In this document: piece by piece, positions 1 through 11,960 of the stretch
Layout: each line of letters opens with the position of its first letter
Position numbering within the stretch: the first letter of the stretch is position 1
Origin: Eledone cirrhosa
Taxonomy: Eukaryota
Length of the DNA: 64,000 nucleotides
Reading direction: 5' to 3'
Assembly: GCA_964016885.1 (NCBI GenBank)
Contig: OZ024747.1
Coordinates: 71,610,001-71,674,000, forward strand
Notes under the pieces: model-generated
The model's input: the letters and a program-made list of their open reading frames with translations, nothing else
What the model was told of the DNA's origin: nothing
The model's database searches: none
Program-made: the position numbers and the translations under genes

Positions 1-3000
1 AGAGAAAGGTGTCTGACCTCAGCCCTTTCAACCTTGTCCACCATACAACCTCTTTCGCCATAGCTATCACACAAAGGAAAATCGCCTCTCCTTCGTTTTT
101 GAAGGAGAGTGGCGGTTTGATCATGACAATGGACTCGGTGGTCAACCGGATTGGTCCCACCCGCGACAATAGTCGTTCTACATAGCCCCACAGGTCAGTG
201 ACGCCCGGGCAGTGTATGAATGCATGCGCGACGGTTTCTTCGTTTCGTACGCACCTCGGACAGATCTTTTTTGCAGGGTCCCTGCCCGGGCGCCCATGTC
301 TGTAGAGCTTGTCTCGAACTGGTAGAGCACCTCGGTAGCACTGCTAGGCCAGGGACTTTTGGAAGTTGTCCATCGGTCCCGGGCGGAAGGTCCTACCGAA
401 CAGACTGACCAGTTCATCTTCCTCTACGCCTAGAGTTTCACCGAGCGCGTCGTCGCACTTGCTGCGGATCAACCCTCTATAGAATGACGAAGTGGAGTCT
501 CCACTGATCGCCGGGTCCGCCTGCCAGAGGGCTGTGAGCGCCTGAGCACATTCGATGTGCCAGTTGCCCATTTTCCTCGGTCTTTGCTTGACCCAGGACT
601 GCAGCTCTGTCAGCGAGACGTTCCGGTGAGGAATACGTAGAGATGCCGCAGCCTGAGCGCGTGTTTGCGCATCGTCAACCACGGTATCCCCAGCCCTCCG
701 TTAGAAGGGTGTTGGAAGCAGATGGATCTTCTCACCAAAGGAGCCCGCCTCTTCCAAAGGAATCGGAAGAGCGCGCGCTCCATTTTGGCGAGCGTTTTGG
801 CTGGACAAGGCACGACGGTCAAGCGGTAGTAGATGGCGGACGCTATAAAAGTGTTCGCCACCTCCGCTCGACCTTTCAAGGATAGTTTGCACTCGGCCCA
901 CTTCTGGGTGAGTGCAAACACCTTGGCCGTCACTTCGTTCCAGTTCTTCTCCACCTGGAGGTCCGGACCAAACCAGACCCCGAGCAGCTTTACCGGTCCT
1001 TCCGTCCAGCGTCCGACGACGCCATCAGAAGGCATCGGTTTGCCTCTCCACAATCCGAGTTGCAAACCGATGGACTTGTCCCGGTTCAGCTTCGCTCCTG
1101 TGAAACTTTCGTATTCCTTCAGTAAGGTGCCGACTTCCTCGATTTGCGAGGCGGTCGACACCATTACTGTCACGTCGTCGGCGTAGGCCGACTCCGCTTT
1201 CCGCAGTCCCGGTTCCAGAGGGATGCCCTGCAATAGCTCCAACTTCCGCAGTAGTGGCTCGAGAGTCAGTACGTACAGAAGGGAGGAGAGGGGGCATCCC
1301 TGTCGAATGGATCGCGTAATATGGAACGGCTCCGAGGGGTAGCCGTTCACCTTGACCCTTGAGCAGATGTTGCTGTTGTACATTGCAGCAATCCAGCCCC
1401 TGAACACGGGTCCGAAGCCTGCCGCCTCGAGCACCGCATCCAGGTAACGATGGTCAACCCTATCGAAAGCCTTAGACTGATCCAAGTTGATCAGGGCCCC
1501 ACCAAAGCGGGGTTTACACCCTACCCTCTCTATGATGTATCGCATGAGGTGGAGGTTGTCGTGTATGGACCTGGTCGGGATTGCGCATGTCTGCGCTTCT
1601 CCCACCAGGTTCTCGACGACAAGCGCCAGCCTCTTTGCCAACACCTTGGCCAAAATCTGTAACTCTGTGTTTAGCAGAGTTATGGGCCAGAAGTTGCCTA
1701 TGTCATCCCCCTTATTCTCGTCCTTCCTGATTAGTGTGACTACGCCCCCGGTTTCAGAACTGGGAATTCTCCCGTTCTGTTGTCAGTTGCAGTAGACCGC
1801 TTCCAGGAGACCGGAGAATAAGTCCGGCATTGCTACGTAAAATTCGTAGGGTAGACCGTTGAGACCTGGAGATTTGCGTTTGCCGCATTGGCTCAACGCG
1901 TCCCCTATCTCAGCGGCTGAAATCGGCTTTTCACAGAACTTTGCCTCGCTGTCCGAGAGTCGCGGTAGGCCGTCGAGGTGTGGACCGAAATCCATAGCCC
2001 CTCCCGGCGCGCCGCCCCGCCCGAAGAGTTGAGCAAAGTGCCGCTGAAAGGCCGCACACATCTGCTTCGGCTCACGTATCACGCGTCCGTGTTGGTCCTT
2101 CAAAGACCGAATCGTGGACTTGTTGCCACTTTTTGCCTCCGTCACTCGGGCCCAGCTAACAGCTTTGGCTCCCTCGTTTCCCAGAGCACGAATTTTGCTT
2201 CTGACAACGCAGCCCTCGTGCTTTGCGTCGAAGAACTGGTTCAAGGCCGTTCTCGTTGCTAGCACGCTGGCTACGTTGCCACTTCTAATTGCCTCTTCTA
2301 CTTTATCTACCAGTTCCTTCTCGGTTCTATTTCTATCTAACGCTAATTCTTTACTAAAAACTAACTAGTCTAATCTAACTGCCCTCTTGAGAGTGTACCA
2401 CCATCTGTTGTTGACAATGGCCCCTGTCAAGTGCTGTTTAACTAAAGTGCTAATCCGTCTACTGTAGGTTTTGCTTGTCGGTAACGACAAGTTCAGCTTC
2501 CAGTAGCCGGGTCCTTGTCTATGGGTTCTATCAAGGTTGGCCATGCAGGTCACTAGTTTGTGATCTGAATAGGCAACCATGAACATTTGTGGACAGCTTA
2601 ACCTATCCTTATTTCTAACTAGAACCCTATCTAGGTACGATCTAGATGTTCCGCTACGCTTACTCCACGTCCACAGTGGCGCAGTCGGAAAATCTAGTCG
2701 ATATCTATCGGCCAGGTCAAATCGGTCGATTAACTGTTTGAGGCTGTTACACCCCCTTTATCGGGACATGCTCCCACATAGTCCCAACGTGAATCTAGGA
2801 TTCCATTCCAGTCCCCCACTAAAAGCAAGGAGCGGGACGTTCCCAGAAAAGTCTCTAGATGTTTGAAGAAGTCTGGCCGCAGTGTCCCGGATGGGGCATA
2901 TGCGGCCACCAGCCTGAAGGCCCCACCTTCACTACCGTCAACGTCTAGGACCACCAGTCGACCCTCCGGGTCCAGATGTACCGTCTGTGTTACGAGGCCC

Positions 3001-3232
3001 AGGTGTTTCCGCAGCAAAACGGCAACTCCGCCCCACCCCCCGGTTGATAGAGAGATGCGTAGATCTCAAAGTCATCGAAGATGGGGGCCAGCTGTCGCTC
3101 GCTGTGGGTCCTGGACTCGCAAATGGCTACCACATCCATACTGTGCGACCTGAGGTCGTTTAAGAGTTTGCCCTGTTTCCAGGGCATCCCCAGGCTGCGT
3201 ACGTTCACACATCCAACTCTTATATTGGCCAT
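1..3232 (-). pseudogene. LINE ORF2 (APE endonuclease, reverse transcriptase, C-terminal zinc finger), broken by frameshifts and stops
   Basis: Fragments MANIRVGCVNVRSL, AICES, GDWNG, SDHKLV, GPGYWKLN, KSPGLNGLPYEFY, LDQSKAFDRVDH, RQGCPLS, AYADD, GGLGIP. Hand-translated CPRC..EETVAHAFIHCP lies near 210-290. Confidence 0.92.
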
Positions 3233-3265
3233 GTTGGTGCTGAAAAGTTAAATGAGGAAAAGAGA

Positions 3266-5107
3266 TCACTCACCCTTCGTCTCCTGGGGACCAGGCTGCA
3301 CGATTTCCATGGGGGTGTTGGAGGGGTTGTCTGGATGGGTGGTGGTTTCCGGCGGGGTGGGGACGGAGATGTTTGGTGGGGTGGGGTCTGGTGGGATGGG
3401 GGTGTCTGGGGTGGGGAGACATTTGAGAAGGACGCGGTTAAGTGGTTTCACGCAGGAATTCCCCACATCCTTCTCAAATGTTTCTTTTAGGGACCTATAA
3501 GTTTGTATAGGGACCCTAATCAGTTTTAGGTTCAGTTTTTTGTTATTTTTAATAGAGTGGGCGAAAGTTTTCCCTTCGGTTTTCACCGAAGGGTCGTTCG
3601 TGATGGTCTCCATTAGTGTTTTGTTTTCAGTGTTTATGTAAGTGTAAGTGTAATTTTCTTGTGTTGTGTTTGTTTTTGTCTGTAGTTCTTGTGTGTGCTT
3701 TCGTTTTGTTGTAGGTATTTTGTTTTCAGGAGGTGGGGGTTTTGTTTGTGATGTTTTTTGTTGTTTGTGTTGGTGGTTGTATGTTTGTGGTAGTGTTTGC
3801 TGGTTTTTTGCTTTTGTGATGTCTTTTCTTTCTTTTCGAGCGATGGGGTTCTCCCTCGTCTTCACTGGGTGATGGCGAGATAGCCTCATCTGTTGTATCG
3901 TCTGTGTGATTGGGGAGGGGTATGTCTTGGGGAGCTGTTGTGTCTGTATGTGATTTTGCAGTGGTTTTAGGTGGAGTGGGGTTGGGTGGGACTGTATTTG
4001 TTGTGGTTATTTTTGTGTGCTGGTGTTGTTGTTGTTGTGGTGGTGTTGGTGGTTGTGTTGTTTTGATGGGTGTCGGCAGAAGAGCCTTTTTTTATTCATT
4101 AATTTAGGACAGGAAGCCCTCAGGTGACCCCTGCTAAAGCAATGGTAACATGAAGGCGGCCGCCTACCCTCAACCGAAAAGTTTATGTAGGTGAGTCCGT
4201 CCAGGAGTACACGTTGTGGGATCATAGCTATTCGCTCTGGGCTCATTTGCACCAGAACTTCAATGCTAGTCCCATTGAATACATCTCTGGGGGACTTTCC
4301 TACTGACAGTATTCTGTCTTCATCAAAATTGATGAAGCCGCACAGTATCCACCATATGTTCACCTTTGGTGTGACACTCGTAATTTTGATCTTTTGTGTC
4401 CTTTTTCCCATGTATGTAGGGAAAAAGGTGTACAGGTTGGATACAATTGGCGACACAGAGTAATTTTGGGCCGTCAATTGATCCTTCATGAGTACCGAAA
4501 TACTCCCAAAAAGTTTGCTTCTTTGAATGAATGCAATATCATTCATTGAATTTTTGAAAACCAGTTCAATTTCTTTCTGTGACAATTGGACTGGTTTTCG
4601 GGTAGAATTGGAAACTGTCCTAAAAACTATCGTTTTGAGAGCAGATTCCTTGCGAATTTCTACCGGAGAATTGATGCTGAAAGCACCATTTTTTTCGAAA
4701 GTGACATATTTCCTAGCGTCCTTTAAAAGTTGTTCGGCATTTGTTATGTCGAGGTATATCAGTTCCTCCTTTTTTTAAACTGTCTGTGCAAAGGAGATTT
4801 TTGGTTCCTTTGTGGAATTATCCGTGTTGGTGGTGTTGTCATTATTGTTGTTATTCTTGTTGTTATTCTTGTTGTCACTGATGTTGATATTATTCGTATT
4901 TTCCTTGGTGTTGGTGTTGGTGTTGTTGTTGTCTTTGATGCTGGTGTTATTGGTGTTGTCTTTATTTTTTTCTTTGTTGTTGTTGTCATTGTTGTTTTTA
5001 TCATCATTATTAGTGTTGTTGTTATTTTTGTTGTCATTGAACTGTTTGGTGTCATTTGTGTTGTTTGGATATGAATTTGTTTTTACATTTTCATTTCGTC
5101 TTTCCAT
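3266..5107 (-). pseudogene. LINE ORF1 (gag-like, CCHC zinc knuckle, Asn-rich N-terminus, Pro/Thr-rich C-terminus), frameshifted
   Basis: ORF pieces 4775-5350, 4007-4585 (CYHCFSRGHLRASC) and 3266-3889 join via frameshifts near 4775 and about 4090. The stop lies about 33 nt upstream of the ORF2 ATG. Confidence 0.8.
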
Positions 5108-5430
5108 CTCTGTAGTATCTATTGAGAAGGAAAGGGAAGAAGACGATGTTGACTGCGAGCTATGTAGTCTCACCGACTCTCCACCACCATTATCGTTGAA
5201 CGCAGCGTTCATAACGTAATCAAACTTTTTACAATATTTTTTCCAAAATTCGATGGAGAAAAATTTTTCAAACGAATATTTCGCCCCTGTAGGGGCGAAA
5301 ATGAGTTGACCCACCACCTGAAGGTCCAGACGGGGGGTCAAGTTACACAATAATATAAAATTTAACTAAAAACTCACGTTTTTTTCTTACATAAAATAAC
5401 GGAAACTTCTCCGCGAAGTTACACACGTCT

Positions 5431-5547
<117 letters not shown>

Positions 5548-6017
5548 GGTTAAAAGAGATAGAAAGAAAGAGAGATATGGTGGTTTGGCCAGCTAAACAT
5601 TTAATTAATACCATACAGCTTCTGTAACACCCCGCTAATATAACATAGCATGTGTTGAAAGTATCAAGTTAATACTATAATCCAATAAACTTGCCTTTAT
5701 GATAGATTAATTCAAATTATCTTTCTGAGAAGTTACTAGTTTCATACATAAATTTGTCAGTGGATAATTTATTATAACTAATCTGTTAATATTGTATATC
5801 TAATGAAGGGTAGAATAGTCTGGACTAGTTACAATACAGTATCTCACTTACTGGTCAGAGTTCCAACACGGCTGGGAGGGACTACCCATCAAATACATTT
5901 TAATTGATGGTACTCCTCTGGCACAACTATTAAAAATCAGTACATGACTTTTCTTTTCGTATAACCAAAATAAATTAATTTCCATTAACAGTGTAACTAA
6001 TGCTAGTAGATTCTGCA

Positions 6018-6170
6018 ATAATGGTTTCTGATTTAGACACAAGGCCAACAATTTTTTTAGGGGGGGGGGGGGGCGATTAAATCAACTCCAGTGCGTTACT
6101 GGTACTTTATTTTATCGACCCCGTAAAGATGAAAGGCAAAGTTAACCCAGCGGTATTTGAACTCAGAAGT
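6018..6170 (-). mobile_element. tRNA-derived SINE family A (Octopus-type), partial
   Basis: Matches the repeated core ctggtactttattttatcgaccccgtaa.gatgaaaggcaaagttaac found many times in the window. Confidence 0.8.
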
Positions 6171-6489
6171 TAGCTTTGATAACTTTATTGTAAATAACAA
6201 TAATGACGATATAGATAGGTAGATAGAAAAGTGGGTTGAAAGTTTACGTGGTACTCCCTCTCGCTCGAAATAACTGAATCACCCTCAAATCCTACTTAAA
6301 GATAGACGGGGGACATGGGATAACATTGTCGAAGACGCACAGCCTGAAATAAAGGTAGACTGATCATGAAGGTGAAACTCAGAAAGGTCTTAATTAAGTT
6401 TCAGCAAAGATTATATATACGAGCAGAAAAACTACCTTTCGGGTGGTTTTCTGCTAGCGTGTAGTGTGCATACACTAAATGCTTCGCGG

Positions 6490-6620
6490 CATAGAATTAC
6501 GGCCCTTTACGTTCTGAGTTTAAATCCCGCCGAGGTCAACTTTGCCTTTCATCCCTACGGGGTCGGTAAATAAAGTACCAGTAATGCACTGGAGTCGATT
6601 TAATCGACTTTCCCCTCCCC
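6490..6620 (+). mobile_element. SINE family A, partial
   Basis: gttctgagtttaaatcccgccgaggtcaactttgcctttcatcc...gtaccagtaatgcactgg. Confidence 0.8.
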
Positions 6621-6746
6621 TCTAGCTGTCGAAACGGACGGAGCTCAGCCGTCGGGGTCCTGAGTCTTTTCATATTGCCAACTCTACTACCCCAAGTATC
6701 GAGTACTCTGGTGGGTTATGGTCCACCTAGTATCTTACCACACCCT

Positions 6747-6752
<6 letters not shown>
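6621..6752 (+). mobile_element. Short retroelement 3' end ending in (TA)n, with the 3' half of an HHR; related copies at 27983-28175, 40540-40640 and 46588-46720
   Basis: Shared sequence gtcgaaacgg....gagctc.gcc.tcggggtc...gagt.ctctggtg...tatggtc; abuts (TA)n. Confidence 0.6.
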
Positions 6753-6782
<30 letters not shown>

Positions 6783-6787
<5 letters not shown>

Positions 6788-6900
6788 GTTTCTACTTTTG
6801 GCACAAGGCCAGCAATTACCCAGTGTATTACTGGTACTTGATTTTATCGACCCCGTAAGGATGAAAGGCAAAGTTAACCTCGGCGGGATTTGAACTCAAA
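6783..6900 (-). mobile_element. SINE family A, partial
   Basis: aattgtttctacttttggcacaaggccagcaatt...gaactc. Confidence 0.8.
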
Positions 6901-7022
6901 TCATATATATATATAAAATGATGAAATATATGGAGAATAGAAATGGCTGTGTAGTTGCTTTTTAAGGTAACTTAAAATGCAGTGGGAATACGAAGAAAGC
7001 AAGAACAGGGGGGGGGGTTACC

Positions 7023-7116
7023 TCATCAGTTGTCTACTGGGGGTCTAGGATATGTCTACGCTTTAAAGACAAGATACCACTTCACCCCAGGGCGTCAATA
7101 ACTGGATAAGTTATTG
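7023..7116 (-). ncRNA. Permuted hammerhead-like ribozyme, inverted copy with GAAA>GACA
   Basis: Reverse complement of 7554-7647 with one core substitution. Confidence 0.55.
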
Positions 7117-7553
7117 GGAAAACGAAGGAAGGAGGGAAGGAAAGCAAAGGGGAAGAAATGACAAACAGTAACAAAATGGCGAAAAAAACACAATCATGTT
7201 TTTCGCTGTGACCATTTTTCTCTCCCCTTCTACCTACCTATTTCGCCACTTTCTACTCTCACCCCTCTTTCTTCCTCTCCCTTTCTCCCTATCTACTTTT
7301 ACCCCACTTTCTTCCTCTCCCTTTCTCCCCCCTCGTCTGACCGTTTAGCAGTTCTCTTCTCACTTACAACTGCGGCGATCGGACGTGTGTCTTTTCTCTC
7401 GATTACTCGGTCTCCAACTTAAGTTCTCTTATCGAGTGGTCTTCGATTTCCTATAGTTGCACGCACATTGTTCGGTTTGTGTTTTTTTCGCTGTTTTGTT
7501 ACTGTTTGTCATTTCTTCCCCTTTGCTTTCCATCCCTCCTTCCTTCGTTTTCC

Positions 7554-7648
7554 CAATAACTTATCCAGTTATTGACGCCCTGGGGTGAAGTGGTATCTTG
7601 TCTTTAAAGCGTAGAAATATCCTAGACCCCCAGTAGACAACTGATGAG
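7554..7648 (+). ncRNA. Non-circularly permuted hammerhead-like ribozyme
   Basis: ggtat-c-ttgtct (7592-7603), gaaatatc (7614-7621), agacaa-ctgatga (7635-7647); extra helices acgc/gcgt and ctgggg/ccccag. Confidence 0.65.
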
Positions 7649-7700
7649 GTACCCCCCCCCCCCCGTTCTTGCTTTCTTCGTATTCCCACTGCATTTTAAG

Positions 7701-7753
<53 letters not shown>

Positions 7754-7972
7754 TTCTTTGTGGGAATATAAACAAGATAGACAAAAATATCTAAACTCGC
7801 TTATATATAGATCTCCCTACCATGTTTCATATGGCGAAGAATTCTTATTGGAACCACCACTCCCATAATTAGAGTTTTTCTCGATTAATTTTCGTATGTA
7901 ATATTGCTTCTCTGAGAGATTCTTCTCATTGAGATGTTTAAGAGTCACAGACTAATTAACCTTTAATTAATT

Positions 7973-8114
<142 letters not shown>

Positions 8115-9638
8115 GTAAAACTATTGGTGTAAATCAATTGAAGAACTCAACGTACATTTTCCACACAGGAGTGACGGAGTATTTATAGAGTAAGGAAATA
8201 GAAAGTTTAGGTGATAAAGTCCTTCATTGATAAGGTCGTGGTATATATTTCGAGGACGACATTGGCTACGCAATTCGGCGTAGAAGCTGGCGCTATGCTC
8301 TCTTCAGACAGCGTCTTACACAATAAAGTTACAATCAGGAAGGTAATCCAAAATTTAAGTGACAAGGGAACGGACAAACAGCGATGTTCATGAATTGAAT
8401 GCCCGTTTCCCTGTATAATAGCTTTTGATTTCAGCATAGGCCCAGCAGTTTGGAGAGAGAGTTGAGTTAATTATATCGTCACTAGCACTTGATTGGTACA
8501 TTTATTTTATCGAACCTGGAACGATGAAAGGCAACATTGGACTCAGAACGCAGTAAGCTGGATTAAATATCGATGCATTTTAATCTGATACATTAACGAT
8601 TCTGCCAATACACCACCTTGCATTTATACAGCACCCAAAATTAAATGCAGTAAGTCGCCACCTTACAAACATCCTACTTACCAATTTCCGCAGATACAAA
8701 TAGTCTCACGAAGAAAAAAAAATCTTTTTGTGGGCTCTTTCGGGTCCTGGGTTCCTTCTTTTGTAGCATAAAAAGGGTTCCTTCTTTTGCAGCGTAAAAA
8801 CAAGCCGAAATTGTATCCAGGGGCGGTGGAACTGGGGACCCATTGAGAATACGTGAATTATTGACGAACGTAAGAATGAAAACTCAATACCGAAGTAGAG
8901 TTTAAATATCCATTTGTTATGGCTAAGCCTTGTTACTCTGGAGTCTCACCTGCATACGCGCCGTACAAGGTTCGTGATCCTGTGAGTTCGCAGGTGAAAC
9001 TTTAGAGTAATAAGGCTCACCAATAGCAATAATAAATGAATGTGTGTGTAGATATATATATATACTTAATACATTAACAGAGAAAGCTAATAGCGATACT
9101 CCGACCAACTCCCATCTCACTCAACAAACATTAGGATATACCTAAGTATATTCCCAATTATACGTTTGGGTGCTAACTCTATTGTATTATGTGGAAAGTC
9201 GGCTGTATTATTTTATATGAGACATAATTAAATAAATCTCACTTTTCTGTTTGGATTGCCATGGTTAAAGTATTTATATATATTTTCCCCAGCTGCGTTT
9301 GTCTGTTTCTCTCTTACTGCTCCCCCCCCCCCTCTCTGTTTCTCTCACCTTCTTTCGCCCCCTCTGTCAATTACACTTTCTCTCGACTGGCCTCTTCCTC
9401 GCACTTCCACTCACTCACTCTCTGCTTCTCCCCTTCTCACTTCCTCCCGTTTGGCCTGAAGTGGGGTCCTTTCTTGCTCACACCTCACTCACCTCGGACG
9501 GTCTGTTGTCTCTCGCCCATGAAATCCACACAGCTTAAGCTGATCGGACTCCCATGTGCTTGTTTTTTCCTATCTTTACGTTCCTATCCTTCTATGTTTG
9601 TTTAGTTGTCTCGCTCGCTTTACGCGATTTACGTGTCC

Positions 9639-9732
9639 CAATAGCTTTATTTAGCTATTGCTCACACCAACTGGAGGTATATGATTTTTAAAGCGATGAA
9701 ATACCAATGAAGGTTGGAAAATTACTGATGAA
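9639..9732 (+). ncRNA. Non-circularly permuted hammerhead-like ribozyme within a PLE-type 3' end (about 9290-9795)
   Basis: ggtat-a-tgatttt, gaaatacc, aaaatta-ctgatga; ccaact/ggttgg; caatagct/agctattg. Confidence 0.65.
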
Positions 9733-9787
9733 GGACTATTTTTATCATATGTAACCCATGTGCAACCACGCAGTATTCATTCTTCTC

Positions 9788-9842
<55 letters not shown>

Positions 9843-9844
<2 letters not shown>

Positions 9845-10016
9845 GTTATTCCGGGGTGAATTGGAGGTAACCACAGTAAGTAAGGTACTCAATACATAGC
9901 AGAGTATAAAGGTTTTAATATAGATGAGATTCTACAGGACTAGAACTGTTTCATTCTTTAGAAATCATCATGATGATTTCTAAAGAATGAAACAGTTCTA
10001 GTCCTGTAGAATCTCA

Positions 10017-10023
<7 letters not shown>
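9843..10023. mobile_element. PLE-type 3' end folded into a perfect 106-bp palindrome (9918-10023); relatives at 30311-30455 and 49199-49297
   Basis: The centre atcatca|tgatgat lies in an HHR core (tgatga-tttctaaagaat-gaaac-agttcta-gtc). Flanked by (TA)n. Confidence 0.75.
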
Positions 10024-10070
<47 letters not shown>

Positions 10071-10518
10071 AGATGAATAAGTTGGGTATAATACCAGTTT
10101 TTTACCAAATGCAAAGACGCTCAATATATTAACCCCTTAGGAAAGGGCAGAAAGCATAATTTTTTTTAATTATATATACCGTGCCGGTGGAACTGGGTGG
10201 AGGGGGGGCTGCCCCTTCCAAAAATTATATTTTCTCTCCCAAACTATCAAAACACACATCTATTAGGATATGCGCTACAATTTATGTACATGTTATGTTT
10301 ATGTCATATGGAAGTTTTCTGACCCTTTTAGAGTATAAAGAACTAAACTAATCACTACAACTAAATTGTCCAAATGTTCCGACCCTGGTATCTTCGGTAT
10401 GGGATACAATTCTGCGAAAGCAGAATTGAAAAAGCACTTTTTTTCTTTAAAAATGTTTTGTCATTAGTTTTTTTCAGTATTTAAATTCATTATTACATGT
10501 TATATATACCTCGAGATG

Positions 10519-10574
<56 letters not shown>

Positions 10575-10578
<4 letters not shown>

Positions 10579-10730
10579 GGAAACTATATTTATAAAACCA
10601 TATTTATTTCATTATATATATTTCAAGGACACCAAGTTAAATTATGGTGTGCTTTCATCAGATAAAATATAATATAGAGCAGTTTTATAAATAAATATTG
10701 ACATACCCTTAAAGAATGCAACCATTGCTG
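10575..10730 (-). mobile_element. PLE-type 3' end with HHR; relatives at 47900-48062 (+) and 61412-61575 (-)
   Basis: Minus strand reads ctgatga-aagcacacca...tggtgtcctt-gaaatatata and ends in (TA)n. Confidence 0.6.
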
Positions 10731-10820
10731 TTTGTATTTTCATTCCAAATATTTGTTGAGTGCTTTATATCAGTTATAAAAATATTTGCTTCTTGTATCC
10801 CAACAATTTAAATAGAATTT

Positions 10821-10889
<69 letters not shown>

Positions 10890-10893
<4 letters not shown>

Positions 10894-11305
10894 GGTATAC
10901 AGAAATAACAACACAATGGATATAGTATATGAAAGGAATATATTAGGTTAACACTTGAAAATAGCAGAAAGAGGGTCTTGGCGGTTCGGACCAGGGCCGT
11001 CTTAACGCATGGGCACGCTGGGCCCCATGAGGATAAGGGCCCATTTGTATTTTTATTCCTGTGAGTTGTTGTGTAGGTAGGGGCCCCAGTGCTCTGCTTT
11101 GCCCGGGGGGATGGCTATAATGCTGTTAAGACGGCCCTGTTTAGGACGCTAGTCCTTCATCAGAAGAAAGAATGAGAAATAAGATAGATTGAAAGGACGA
11201 GCGGGTTGAAATTGGAAAAAAATGTCTTTAGATAAAAATAAGAGGTCCATTCATGTTGACGTCTCTTGTAAAACTGTTGATGCTGGCGTTTTGAGTGTGA
11301 TTTAT
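10890..11305 (-). mobile_element. PLE-type 3' end with HHR, interrupted by a hAT MITE; relatives at 30130-30250 (+), 39590-39808 (-) and 50455-50715 (+)
   Basis: The intact relative reads ctgatga-aggac-tagc-gtcc-gaaac-gttaa at about 50597-50626. Confidence 0.65.
10992..11139. mobile_element. hAT-type MITE
   Basis: 15-bp TIR cagggccgtcttaac/gttaagacggccctg; 8-bp TSD gttcggac/tttaggac. Confidence 0.85.
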
Positions 11306-11662
11306 TTGTTCACTGATATGGAAAGCTGTAGTATCAATGTAACATATATCGGCTTACTGCTACCTACTGTTAGACGATCAATTTACGAATAAATCAACTA
11401 ACGAACGGCCTCTTGGAACATAACTCGTTCGTAAGTTGGGGACTTACTGTACTAGTAAACAGGGCCCGGGGCCTTTATCAAGGCTGATTGAAACGCTTCA
11501 GAACACTGGTATGTGATAGTCATATAATTGTTTCTACTTTTGGCACAAGGCCAGCAATTACTCCAGTGCATTACTCGTACTTTATTTTAGTCATAATAAA
11601 TGGGACTTAGCAACGCAGGTACAACACTATCGAAACAGTTAATAAAAGTATGTAAAGTATGT

Positions 11663-11960
11663 GAAGGTGTGTGGCTTAGTAGTTAGGGTGTTCGGCTCAC
11701 GAACGATGATTCATAAGTTCGATTCCCAGTGACACGTTGTGTTGAGTAAGACACTTTATTTTATGTTGTTCCAGTCCATTCAGCTGGCAAAAGTGAGATG
11801 TATCTGTAATTCAAAGAACCAGTAGTGTTACACGCTGTTACGCTGGGTTTTCTTGAGAATTACTTTATGGGTACACGTTCCTTTGGAATGCTCAGTCACT
11901 TGCACGTTAATTTCATGAGCAAGCAGCTCTTTTGAGTGAACAACTTGAGCATTTGTCGTC
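11663..11960 (+). mobile_element. tRNA-derived SINE family B
   Basis: A-box tggcttagtagtt and B-box gttcgattccc, then gagtaagacactttatttt; second copy at about 55400-56150. Confidence 0.7.

Larger units (their letters stand above)
1..5430 (-). mobile_element. Tx1/L1-clade non-LTR retrotransposon with ORF1 and ORF2; degraded, 3' end runs off the window start
   Basis: ORF1 with a CCHC knuckle, a short spacer, then ORF2 with APE endonuclease, RT and C-terminal zinc finger motifs in the expected order. The 5' end abuts (GATA)n. Confidence 0.9.
6913..7703. mobile_element. Head-to-head inverted PLE-type element between (TA)n tracts; arms about 6968-7193 and 7477-7703
   Basis: Arms of about 225 bp are near-perfect reverse complements, and each carries a hammerhead-like motif. 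Confidence 0.8.

Noticed and set aside
8207-8437. Short ORFs on both strands in unique sequence, one with a hydrophobic stretch
   Set aside because: No recognisable motif or clear exon boundaries; cannot be supported without RNA data.
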